DNA of 62,575 bases, filler included, from Choristocarpus tenellus KU-1152 (Eukaryota > Protista > Phaeophyceae): assembly GCA_964200185.2 (NCBI GenBank). It is 9 parts of 9 records of this genome, joined end to end, with 100 filler letters (N's around TTAATTAATTAA, not from the genome) between each part and the next. Parts side by side here need not be neighbours in the genome. Positions count along the whole stretch, not along the records: positions 1 to 3,617 come from CAXNAD020018933.1; positions 3,718 to 11,225 come from CAXNAD020006046.1; 7 more parts are not named here. One strand, 5' to 3'. Of this stretch, positions 1 to 11,325 are shown in pieces. A program made the position numbers and the translations under genes. The stretch's first letter is position 1; each line of letters opens with the position of its first letter. Under the pieces are notes generated by a model that was not told where the DNA came from, ran no database searches, and saw only the letters and a program-made list of their open reading frames with translations.

Positions 1-62
1 GTACCACATTTTTCGATTTTTTTTCCCATCCCAAAACAATCACTCCACCCCCCTCCCCCAAG

Positions 63-3000
63 CACTGGTGGCATTAGTACCTCGTTAGACTCGGGTATTG
101 ATTGTACTGATTGTAGCATTGTGGATTCATCTCCTGTTCCGCCTATTCACTGTAGTTCCTCAGACATCTCAGGGGACTGGCGCCATAGCAGTACTAGCCG
201 TGGCAGTGGAAGGGGCCCTTATTCTAGCACTGCCTGTGAAGTGGGTTCTGACCAAGGTGGGGGGAGTGGAAGAGGTGCCAGTACTAGGTCTGATTCAGGT
301 TTGTTGATCACTCACATGCCAACTTCTTCGTCTGGTGGGTGGACTGGTACCTCTGATGGTACCTCTGATGGACTTGCAGTGAGACCTCGGTCTGAGTGGA
401 GGGAGGTAGGCGAAGATCGCAACTATTTACAGGTTGACAGCAGCAGAGGGCAAGGAGGGTGGGTGTCCTCTGCACATGGGTCGGTTCCCACTGGAAGGGG
501 CTCTGGACATGGTTCTGGACCAGAGAGGTCCGGAACGGTTTATTCAGATAGACGGGCTGTACGTGGATCGATGGGTGGGAGAGGTGGGAAGAGGGGAATG
601 GAGCCTGCACTCCGTGTTGATTACAGCTATACAAGGCGTGGGGGAAGGGGTGCTGGGTCAGCATGGCGGGATAGGGGAGGGGAGTCAACACGGAGGTTTA
701 GGGGTAGTGGGTATGGGCAGGCTGGGTATGCATCAAGGTCTGGGAGCACATCGCCACGGCGTTCGGAGATGAGGGGGTGGCCGAGGTTCGACTCCAGGGC
801 AGGGACTGAATTTCACACAGAGAGGTAGCCTTAACCCTGAGCTATTGTGGTTGTTTTAGTTTAGTTTTTTTTTGGTTTGGTTGTGAGGGGATGTGCACAC
901 CCTTGACTAGATGTTTCATAAGTCCTCCTGTACCAATGTCTTCTAACAAATTGAACTGGTTCACACAACTGCCCTAACCCTCAAGTACGAGAAACAGAGA
1001 AGGGTGGTAGGGTTAGGGTTAGCCAAGACTGGGGGATGGGATATGGAATAAGGGGCAAGGGTTATGGTTAGGTTTAGCAACTTTCAGACAAGAAGGAACA
1101 TTCCACATGTCATGTTGAGGTTAGGGTTACTGTGCTGTGCCCAATCTCGCTGAAACTTGTCCCTAACCCTAACCTCCTTGCATCATTTGTTCGATTTTTA
1201 TTGAATAGTTTTCAACTTAGCGTTAGGGCTGACCCTAACGCTAACCCTAACCCTTACACAAGATGGTAGAAGCTCTCATTAGAGATGATGCTACCCTGGC
1301 AGAGTTAGGGTTAGGGTTAGGGTTATCCATTCCTCGTTACACTGGAATGATTGAAACAAAAGGCTTTTGTATCTATGCGTATATTTACCCTAACCCTAAC
1401 CCTGATTACATTGGCGCAACTGTCCAACCCAACTAGTCAGTCGGCCTTGCTTTTTTTTCTTCACGTGTTTGTGCGTTTGTGCTCGAAGACGGCTCGAAGA
1501 ACATAGACGCACAAATCTCCAAAATGGCACTCTGCTTTGGTTTGATGACACGAAAGACTGATGCAATTGTTCCAAGGGGTGGTAGACTTGAATGCTATAT
1601 TCTGCTTTGTAATGACATTAATATTATTAATATTATTATATTTTTTTAAAAGGATGACCTGGGGCTGGGGATGCCCTTAAGCTTCTTTTGTTGAACTTTG
1701 TGTTCTTGTCCTTGACCCTAGCCCTAGCCCTAACCCGATCTATATACTAAACCCTAACCCTTACAAAAAACGTCCATGACCAGCATGACTGTATCTATGA
1801 CCATCTTGAAACTGTATTTATATCTATTTGTACATTCTATCAGCCTTCACTATCAGCCCACAACACATACAGCACACCACCTGTCATTCACACAATTAAG
1901 GGTCATGTAGTGTGTCATATGTATGGTGTGCAAATGTGAGTCTATAGTGTCACTCATTTTCTAGTAAACAAAGTGTGTGTGTGTGTGTGTTTTTTTTTTT
2001 TTTATAGGGCTACCCTTCGGGCGATGGAGTTTAACCCTGTCTATAAGGACCGGTTCTTGCTAGCCAGCAACGACCACTCTCTCGATATGTGGGAATACAA
2101 CAGGCGAACAAAGAGGGTCATCAGGATTAAAACATACAGCAATGCCACTTCAGGCACAACAGTGAGTTAGGGTTGGGGTTGGGGGTACAGAAATAGTGAA
2201 ACTGTCGTGTGATACCTGCTCTTGTAAACTGTATCTCGATTGTGTGAATAGTGAGTTAGTTCAATGGTTTGTCACTGTTTTAGTCCTAGCTTTACGATGC
2301 TATAATGAGTATTGGTTAGGGTTAGGGTTAGGGGTGGTGTTCCTGGTAGTAGTTCAATGGTCTGTTTCTATTGTTAGCTTTTTTTTCGGGGGCAGGTGTT
2401 GTCATCTTTTGGGTTAGGGTTAGGGTTAGGGTTATTATTACACATTTATATCCAGTGCAGCTTTTTAAGGACTGGATTTCTGCTACTAGTTTAATAGTAC
2501 TATATACTATAAATAGTACAAAGTGTTAGTGTGTTGAAATTGATTTATTTGATTTGATGGTACTCCTGTACTAGTGCTTGTCTGATAGTACTCCTATCCT
2601 ACTACTTGTCTGATGGTACTCCTATGCTAGCCCAATTTAATGGTACTCCCCTACTAGTACTAGTTTGATGATACTATTATCAATAGCACATTGTTCTTAT
2701 GAACCCATTGTTAGGGCAATTTTGATGGATGGTACTATCCCTAACCCATAGAGGGACTGTACACGATATTCAATACCATAACTTTTTTCTTTCCAAAGGA
2801 TGGACCATGGCTGAAACATACATGGCATACCATTATTATTATTATTTAGTGTTAGGGTTAGGGTTAGGGTACAGAGTATCGGTATAGATTTGATTCTGAA
2901 ATATGTTTCAAGTTGTGCATGTCTCACATCTCCCTGTTCATTTGTAAAGGTACTATTTTTCATTAGCAACAAGGGGGAAGGGGAACATCAGAGGTTTTTT

Positions 3001-3330
3001 ATGTTGTGCTTTGCCTAACCTCACTGCCACCTATCACCTACCCTCCCAGGTACAGGTATATAGATATACTAGTGGATGTATAAAGGTTAGGGTCAAGGTT
3101 TAAGCAGTTTATTATTTGATGATGCACCCCGCTTGTGTGCACTGGCTCTATTTTTCTAATACTTGCCAGGCGGCCATGGCCTGGAATTCCAGTGGAACTC
3201 ATATGGCAACTGGTTTGGTGGCCCAAAAGCACAAGCCATATGATTTGGAAAGGTGTGATGTGGCAATGATCCAGTATGACTCTGATCAACCACTCCGTAC
3301 AGTCAACCTCACCACCAACAAGCACACAAA
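63..3330 (+). CDS. WD40-repeat protein with a long Ser/Gly/Arg-rich disordered region, partial; exons 63-824, 2008-2161, 3170-3330
   Basis: Exons join in phase: aag|63..824 AG|gtagcc (phase 2); tttatag|2008..2161|gtgagt (phase 0); ccag|3170..3330|gtgaga. Spliced product reads ...FHTERATLRAMEFNPVYKDRFLLASNDHSLDMWEY...AAMAWNSSGTHMATG..., matching WD40 strand patterns (FNP...LLASNDHSLDMW; AMAWNSSG). Open at both ends. Confidence 0.7.
2555..2696. repeat. Degenerate 28-bp minisatellite, about 5 copies, intronic
   Basis: Units resembling tgatggtactcctgtactagtgcttgtc start near 2555, 2583, 2611, 2639 and 2666. Confidence 0.75.
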
Positions 3331-3360
3331 GTGAGAACATAACCAATTTTAGGGTTAGGG

Positions 3361-3617
3361 TTAGGGTTGGGGTTAGAGATAATGTCCTTTTAGGGTACAT
3401 TGAGCACAACGTTTACAGGACAGTGCCTGATTTAGGGTTAGGGGATGGGAGTTTGAGAGACATGAACCCTTTTGGTTAGGGTTAGGGTGGTTTTCTCTTA
3501 GGGTTGGGGTTAGGGATAATGTCCTTTTAGGGTACATTGAGCACAACGTTTACAGGACAGTGCCTGATTTAGGTTTAGGGGATGGGAGTTTGAGAGACAT
3601 GAACCCTTTTGGTTAGG
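3361..3617. repeat. Near-perfect tandem duplication (137-bp period) bounded by TTAGGG units
   Basis: 3361-3480 and 3498-3617 both read ttagggttggggttag(a/g)gataatgtccttttagggtacattgagcac...gaacccttttggttagg. The contig ends in the second copy. Confidence 0.9.
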
Positions 3618-3717
3618 NNNNNNNNNNNNNNNNNNNNNNNNNNNNNNNNNNNNNNNNNNNNTTAATTAATTAANNNNNNNNNNNNNNNNNNNNNNNNNNN
3701 NNNNNNNNNNNNNNNNN
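3618..3717. other. Artificial assembly linker 1
   Basis: N44-TTAATTAATTAA-N44, a spacer with stop codons in all six frames. Confidence 0.99.
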
Positions 3718-4557
3718 CCAATCATCCCCCCCCCCTCTTGTCCCTTTGTCGCCACTGCTCTACCGTGTCATAGGTGTACATTACCCATTGATAGCAACTG
3801 CAAACATATTATATCATGCATAGCACACTCATTTTTGTGTCTCCCAACTTATTATCTCTGGTTGCCCTTGCTACCTTGCAGCTGTCCAAGTTGCCTAAGG
3901 CAGTTTCACTCCTCGGAGCGTCAGCCCAGGCGATGTGCAAGCCTGGACAACATTGTGGCCTCCTTAGTGCATCACGTGAGGGCTGGGATAAGATTGGAGG
4001 AAGTGTGTAGATGAGTTCAGTCAGTGATTGGATTGTGTGCATCTTCTTGACTAAGAATGTGCTGGAGGGTTACTTTACTATTGAGATTCGATAAAGGCAA
4101 TTGTGGGACTGGACATTTCACCGGCAAGCTACTACCCGTGGACCACTTCCAAGCAGTTCTGCACAGGGTGCACTTACTTGTGAATGAGGAAGAAATACCA
4201 TTCCGTCCTGCACCAGCATGCTCAATGCTGTCAGCAGCTCCCTCTGCTGTAGAATTAAGTTCCCTGAGTACTGTCAAAAACATTGTGTGTGGGGGGGGTA
4301 GGTGTCTAATAGAGTGCCATTAAAGGTACTTTTGAATGCTGCACAGGGAATTACAGGATGAGCATCTAGGGTCAAGTTTAACATGTTGTGGTAATTTCCG
4401 TTGCCATTCAAACCATCTTTACCATGATGAATCACCTAGCCCCACCAGGCGTTGCCCCCTAAGTTTTTCCACCTACCTGCCAACCCAGGCGTTGCCCTTG
4501 CCCTTCCTACACCCCAGCATATACTCAGAACAACGTACAAACTAATTTTGTTATCTT

Positions 4558-5118
4558 GTGCTATTTTTCCACCAGCTGGCCACACCAGCAGAGAGGCTGC
4601 AGTGGGACCAACGCATACATCTGAAGGGTACTAGTAGCGATGGGCAGGTAGGTACCAAACCTCCTGTTTGCACAGCTTCTACTACTGGCAGGGAAGGGCA
4701 AGTTGCAGTGAGAACCAAAGGGACCAAAAAGAAGAAGCCTTTGCGAGAGACAGAAGGGGTCCCACGGGGGAGGGGGGAGATGAGGACTGGAAGGCGATGT
4801 ACACATGCATCTGTGAATGAGGGTGAGAAGGGTCCGCCGTTGTCAAAAGGGAAAAACCAGCGGTTGGGTCAGGCGAAGAAGCAACAATCGCGTGGCAGTG
4901 TTGCATCCCTGAGTAATGGAGCTGCTGCTGTTGATACTGACACTGCCTTGCCTGAAGAGGAAGTTGATAGTGTTAGGTGTGAAGGGTGTAATGAGAGCGG
5001 GCATGGGGTTGATGAGTGCCCCCATCGGTCAGATAGTTCTGAGAGGGAGAGCTCCTCAGAAGAGAGCAGTGGAGAGGGTGATTTTGAGGAGGGGGATGGG
5101 GATGAGAGTGATGAGTGA
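4558..5118 (+). other. ORF with a CCHC zinc knuckle and acidic tail, probably the 3' end of a decayed transposon gene
   Basis: CEGCNESGHGVDEC matches C-x2-C-x4-H-x4-C. It follows a basic stretch and precedes an S/E/D-rich tail. Upstream sequence (3718-4550) is broken into short ORFs. Confidence 0.35.
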
Positions 5119-7269
5119 ATGAAGAAGTCACAGCAATGGAGGGTGATGGTCATGCCCCTGAATTGCAACCCCTCCTAACCTTGTTTTGGTATTTTACTTA
5201 TGAGTACATATACCCAAGTATTCTTATGTGAGACGCTTGTGTTGAGTTGTAGCCATTGCTGCAGTGAAAATAGCAACCAACCTGCTATGGTACAGCATCT
5301 CTAGAGCCTTACAGTAGGTCGGCACTGCTCTGCGTTTGTTTGTTGCATGAATGTTCTTCAGTGGTACTCTTGCACTCACTTAGAGCTACTATATCATGAG
5401 GGACATATGCTGGCCTTTCTCTTATCTATGACAAATGAAGGTACGCCAGTTTCTACAAGGTACCTAGAAGTGAACGAGCTGCAAAGTTGAGTGCTCACCC
5501 TCCAAGCATGGCAAGCATGTATTCATGGAAATACTGACAAAATGTGCTCATGTATTTTTGTTCATGATTTCCGGAAATCCCAGGAAATGTTGAGGATGCA
5601 CAATATCAATGAATTTTTCCCTGGAGCACTTTCAACCAAGAGATAATGAAAGATGAAGAATAAGCAGGATATTATACCGAATTCTAAATGTTACTATTGT
5701 AGTACTTCAAATGTAGTTCACAGCAACATTTTTTTTGTTGTGGACGCATCCATTTGGTTCTGGAGTATGCCTCGAAGGGAGCTGCACAGCACAAAATCTA
5801 GCACTAGTCTTTATTGTCTACACCAACAGGCAGGATGCTAGATGTTGACCATTCTGGGCAGGTCAAAATGATACCTTTCAGACCTGCTTCCATGCCCGTA
5901 TGGATGGTAGCCCTTAGCATTTCCCCAACTGTTTTTGTTTTTGCCCAGAATTACTGCTTATAGACCTCTACTAGTGCATGTGTTGTTCCACAAGAGTGCA
6001 CTGGAACCACCCCAAATTCCAGCTTTTGTTTTTCAAGTCTGGGCTGGAATTACTGATTTCTTGATCCACTTTTTTTGTAATGGATACTGCTGTACAGGTT
6101 TTGCTGGTGAATGTATGTTCACTCTCACTTGAAGATAAGACTAGTTGTATTCTATATGGTAGGTTTTTCTCCAGCAATGTTGATGAATCAATGCTATAGG
6201 CAAACTGGGAAGTGATTTCACCTCATTGAGCTTCTCTGGAAGAACATCAATGCTTCGATCTGTAGAAGGTGTTTTAGAGATGTAGGCTTCCACATACTTC
6301 TTTATTATTGGTGACGTTCCCGTCAACATCAAACACAGAGAAGTCCTGAAAATTCTCAGACCGCTTGCTGCTGACATCGGATACAAGATTCCATTCAAAC
6401 GTCTCCTAAGATTGGATGGCTGGGAGGGCTTTAGGTTTGCTGAAAGCACCCTGCCGTGACACAATATACTGAACACCCTCCACGACTGATTTGATCCTTC
6501 CTTAAGACACCTACAACATGATGTAGATTTTTTTGTTCGGTGCTTGAGTATAGAAGGGAATGGAGTATGGTGACGATGTCGAATGGTCGAAGTTGTAGTG
6601 CTGGCATTCTATTATTCGCGGATGATGTGTTGTTAGTTAAGTGAGAGAGGAATAGAAGAAATATATACGAGGGCCTCCAACGAACAACACTGATACCAAC
6701 GCAATACCAAGGAGAAGAAGGACACGAACAATACACACATATTACCTACTAAATTAATTGTGAGGTAGGTGTGGTTGGGCCAAGTTGAGTTTTAGACAGC
6801 ATGGATATAGATATTTGTGGTGGAGTCCACTTGTCACATTCCATTAAGTCGAGTCGAACTGAAGAGTAGTACTTATTCTTAAATCCCTAGGGAGAAGGGA
6901 AAAACCCGTGCCTTACGCTTATGTACTCAGGTGGCGGCTACTGCGAGCAGTCTGCTCCACTCCCCCCGTGTTGTCAACCAGGACATTACCTGTCGTCATT
7001 TCCCCAGGTTCCATAGAGGTGTAGGCGCCAAATAACCGAATCGGACAGTGTTGGATTCTCACCCACTATAACCATTTTCCGTCCCTGGCTTCACTCTGTT
7101 CACAAGGAATCCTACCCATTTAGTCCTGGGTCCTCAGGGGATGATGGATTATGAGAATGGAGTCCCAAGGCCCTGATGCTGGGGACTCATGCCCTAATCA
7201 CCCATGAGAGGAAGGTTGCCACTTGAAGGTAGCCAAACATCTCAACCCGAGGGGGCATTAGCTTTAATT

Positions 7270-7830
7270 CCAAACTCATGGGCAAGTCCCCTTCCTCCCG
7301 ACTAGGTAAGTTCCTTCCTCTTCTTCAGAAGATCCTGATGCCTGAAAGGATGGGTCAAATCCCAGTCCACCAGGCGTGCCCCCTTGATATCCACCAAGGT
7401 GTAGGGTCACCCATGAATCATGTGAAAAAGGTATAGAGGGGTCGTGTTGAGTCTTGGCCTTCTCTACAAGGTAAGTAATGTAAATTTCCTTGCTTTGTGT
7501 TATTTTGAACACACAAGCATTATGTTCTTCAAGTCTTCCACAACCCAGTCCATACAGGACGGATACTCGGAATTATTTCGACAATGGATTAGGCTAGTAC
7601 TTACCATGTGGAATGTTGCCCAGAATCCTCCAATATCTTATAACGCACAATGGTGACCATTCCTTCGTTGAGAATGGGGCAGCATCCAAGGTAGACTCGG
7701 GTCAGTCTATTTTGTTCGTTCTTCAATTTAACCCGAAAATCTCCTCCCTCGATTGTGAAAGCTGCAAGACGAAACAATAGTATACGTTCAGAGAAGACTA
7801 ATAATATCAATTAATGCAGACAAAATTTCC
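7270..7830 (-). mobile_element. Heavily degenerate Ty3/gypsy-like reverse transcriptase remnant
   Basis: Minus-strand fragments (...NNSEYPSCMDWVVEDLKNIML...) resemble the NAP..FQR.MD.VL region of gypsy RT. Many stops; boundaries approximate. Confidence 0.3.
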
Positions 7831-7869
7831 AGAAGACTATAACTTGTTAATGTTGATCTTGCTGGTCTA

Positions 7870-8900
7870 ATTACGCCATGCACTTGCAGACGAGAGTCGT
7901 ATGTCTGCAAGTTTAGAGTGAAAGTATCTTAGAGGGTACGACTTTTCCCTGTTTGTTCGTTTGGGGCTTGGCTTCCCACAGTTTTTTTTATGGCATTTTC
8001 CTACTCCAAAATGTTTCGGAGTAGGTAAAATGTGTACGTTATGAAAAGGTGTGTCCGGAACAAGGATATTGGCTCTTCCTAACAAACACAATAGTCAAAA
8101 TTACATAAAAATCGCAACATTGGATTTCGGAGCCCAAACGGGCGTGGCTCTACCCTCTAAGATACTTTAGCTCTTACCAACTATTTATCTAGACTAAAGA
8201 CGAGCATACGTTCTAAAAAGAAAGAAGCAGGAGACACATTAAAACAATTCATTGTTGGCATCGTAAACTCATCAGATTGTCGATTGGACGACTGCGCAGC
8301 GATAGTGGAAGAGGATTCATTAGATCGACATTATGAGAGCTTTGCTTAAATCGAGGGATTAAGCCAGAATTTTTCTCCCCGTATTCTTTCCACCAGAAGA
8401 GAGGCGCAGAAAGAGAAGTGACGTGTTTCTTATTTAGTGTAGGAAGGTAATTGTTGGTGGATACAATGTTGGCTAAGAAATCGTGGCCAGAAGCTATTAG
8501 AACCTCTGCGCGTGTAGGGAACAGATCTCCTTCCTCTTTCTCGAATGATCGGGCACCCTAATATCTTTAGTGTCGCTGCAAACTTCCACAACCTGCGTCA
8601 ATTTGGAGCAGAAGCGTTTGTACACACAGAAGTTTATACTTCAAAAATGATTCTCTCTTGCATTGTTGGCAGAAAGGTTAGTTGGATTCGATGTCAGGTA
8701 TGTCTCTTATCACATATGGAGACCAAAAACTGGAACTGTATCGATATTCAGAAGTATGACATTGATTCAGTGAGCGTTCTAAAGTTACCCTACCTCAGCC
8801 AGACTTTAGTCGAGGAGCCTTCACATCTGGGCATGTAGAAGAAGATGTTCGTTGAGGATGACCGTCCCAGATATTTGATTGAATTGTTGAGAGTACAATA
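7870..8900 (+). mobile_element. Ty1/copia integrase remnant interrupted by a MITE
   Basis: Motifs in the expected order: ADESRMS (~7886), IGRLRSDSGRGF (~8283-8318, cf. LRSDNGGEF), WPEAIRTSARVGNRSP (~8484-8531), NLRQFGAEAFVH (~8590-8625). Frameshifted. Confidence 0.65.
7916..8173 (+). mobile_element. MITE family A, complete copy (258 bp), TSD TTA
   Basis: TIRs GAGTGAAAGTATCTTAGAGGGTA ... TACCCTCTAAGATACTTTAGCTC, flanked by tta on both sides. Four homologous copies elsewhere in the window. Confidence 0.9.
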
Positions 8901-10349
8901 ACTGAGGGTAACAATGTGAGAAGAGAAAGTGCTACCAGTCAAAATGATAACTCTCAAAGTGGAGTCTCTTCTGGTGGAGATGAAGACCCATTAGTTGTAC
9001 ACGGAGTGAACGAAAATCCAGTTGCTGAAAATAGTACTGCCAAACCTCAAATGCATACAAGGCTGATGGACGATAATACACCAGGAATAATGGGCTCAAC
9101 AAGGAGTGTTAGTGAGAATAATTCAACCCATTAAAATGGGAAATAAAATGCATGGTTGCCACTCTCTGAAACGAAGATGTCATCCTCCTCACATCGATTG
9201 TACAGACCAATCCTTTCTTTCTATAAATCAATTGACTTAGATAATTGAATGGGTTATTTCTGGAATCTCTGATTGCCCTTGCGCTTACAATGCTGTATTA
9301 AACTCTACAACGACGACGACCTCCATCACCACCACCACCACTACTACCATGGTCATCAAAATAACGTTAGATATTCGGAGCATATCAGTGACTATTAGCC
9401 CATTTCTGTATATCAACCCACTTTTCATGTGATACTACCCCAAACTACAAAACATTGGAGCACTTAGAGAAGCCTGCATATCTCGAGATATGATGTCATC
9501 TTTACTATTGGGTATTGAAACAACTACTACATCGAGCAAGTAAGGTACGTTTTACGCGAGTGAGTGCTGGGGTTTAAGCAGTTCCTGCAACTCAATTTGT
9601 TCCCAGTGTTTATGTATTTCAATAACAAATTAACCGCATCGATATTTTTCCTCTCTATTTCACATATATTATTTGTATTCACAATAAAAAATTTCTTCTT
9701 TGTAAGATGTTTAAGTTCTAGGGACAGATAGGAGATACACATGTATTATGTATTGCTGTTGTGGTGAGTTTATTGAAATTGATATATGAAAATGAGGGAG
9801 TAAACGAGAGGTTCAGGGTTTGATTTTAAGGAGGCTACTGACGAATGCGCAAAATTCGTCTTTTTGTACAAATACGTAAAGAGATTTTTTCTGAATTATG
9901 TCAAATATTTCCAAACAATACAGAATCAACGTTCTACAGTCAATGTAAAGAACGTAAGTACCTCTCATTTACTATAACTCATAATCTATTTTCCTGATAG
10001 AAAATCTGACCTCGGCTGGGTTTGAACTGATACATTCCTTTGACAGAAACTAGTTAACGTCCCCCATAAGAAAGACGTGTATGTATATAGGCATAGTCAT
10101 GTGCCATCGATGATTTTTTGCAATACTCCCGATCCATGTATTGGTTTTCTTTCATTCAGTTCAGTCATGTAACACTTACAGATATTCGTTCCACCTCCCT
10201 CAAATACTGGTATGTAGTATTCGCCTCGATAGGGTTCTACAATGAATATTAAGTATGTTCCCAGTTACATCTTCTTCTATGACATGTTCGGCATAATATA
10301 TATACTATTTTGTGATCCTGTCGTCATGAAGGAATATGAAGTTGGGTAT

Positions 10350-10422
10350 GACCGCGTGGCCTAATGGATAAGGCGTTGCCCTTCTAAGGCAAAGATTGTG
10401 GGTTCGAGTCCCACCGTGGTTG
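10350..10422 (+). tRNA. tRNA-Arg(UCU), intronless, 73 nt
   Basis: Acceptor stem GACCGCG/CGTGGTT; D-arm GCCTAATGGATAAGGC; anticodon arm TTGCC-CTTCTAA-GGCAA; T-arm GTGGG-TTCGAGT-CCCAC; discriminator G. No encoded CCA; followed by a TTTTT Pol III terminator. Confidence 0.97.
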
Positions 10423-10473
10423 TTTTTCTATCTACTCTTATTTTGGTACTGACTATTATGGTAATGGTGTCCA

Positions 10474-10755
10474 TGACACATCTGCAAAATGTCAGAGGGC
10501 ATAATAATATTTTGACGGTATTCCACAATTCGATCGGATTTTAATGGCGGTATTCATTGCCGTATTGTACTGTGGTAATTCCAAAATTTCCGTACCTGAC
10601 CCTGTACTGTCAAAAACATTCAATGGCAAACCCCACCATATATTTTCATTGGTTTTCCCCCTGACACATCTGCAAAAAGTCAGAGGGCATAATAATATAA
10701 TATTTTGACGGTATTCCACAATTCCGTCGGATTTTAATGGCGGTATTCACTGCCG
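10474..10755. repeat. Direct repeat of about 90 bp, two copies (10474-10562, 10662-10755), with a dispersed partial copy at 60939-60980
   Basis: tgacacatctgcaaaa(t/a)gtcagagggcataataat...ggattttaatggcggtattca(t/c)tgccg occurs twice. ttttcattggttttcccc(c)tgacacatct(g/c)caaaa(a/t)gtcagag recurs at 60939. Confidence 0.85.
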
Positions 10756-11225
10756 CCTACCATGCTGTACAAAATGGGAATTCCAGCACGACTGTACTCC
10801 TACCGTCCAAAAAAATAAACAATAATCAATAGCATACTGAATGTAGAAGATCCTGAAATTTCTATCCTCCGTGATGCATCGAAAGGTTACATAATTTGTG
10901 GGATCTCTAGTGGCCACTCTTTGCCCACCCTCCTAGCCAAGCCTCAAGGGCCCCATGGAGAGGTTTTTTCCCAGGTCATTTGTGCCAGTCCGACAGTTCA
11001 GTCCCTAGCATCATCAATACTCACCCTTTGCTCACCGGGAGGGCTTGGTAGGTATTATTGGTCAAGGTAGAGTAGACTGGACAGGAGGAACAACTCCCGA
11101 TCCTGTCCTGGAGGTTCACACTATGGCAACTCATGATGCTAGGATCATGAGGAAGGCACAAAACAGCCGATTTCAAAAATTGAGGATGGAGCTTTTCATT
11201 GAGGATGGGCTTGACCCAAAATTGA

Positions 11226-11325
11226 NNNNNNNNNNNNNNNNNNNNNNNNNNNNNNNNNNNNNNNNNNNNTTAATTAATTAANNNNNNNNNNNNNNNNNNN
11301 NNNNNNNNNNNNNNNNNNNNNNNNN
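11226..11325. other. Artificial assembly linker 2
   Basis: N44-TTAATTAATTAA-N44. Confidence 0.99.

Noticed and set aside
3480-3617. True chromosome end (telomere)
   Set aside because: Only 1-3 TTAGGG units at a time, interspersed with unique sequence inside an intron of an unfinished gene.
3662-3673. TTAATTAATTAA as a biological palindrome or piggyBac target
   Set aside because: It is identical in all eight gaps and centred between fixed-length N runs, so it is a synthetic spacer.
5300-6750. Possible gag-like or LTR-element remnant on the minus strand (similar weak signals at 16450-17400, 18800-19800 and 30900-31700)
   Set aside because: Coding-like texture only; no motif was clear enough to support a call without a profile search.
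7867-8091. Recurrent short ORF family (also 20284-20688, 20632-20832, 57695-57994, 50590-50793, 61340-61537, 62371-62553) with YPLRYF or PRYFEP motifs
   Set aside because: These are translations of MITE families A and B; frames, starts and lengths are not conserved between copies.
9990-10060. Second tRNA-like sequence (minus-strand GTTCAAACC B-box)
   Set aside because: No complete cloverleaf can be folded; at most a decayed tRNA-derived SINE head.
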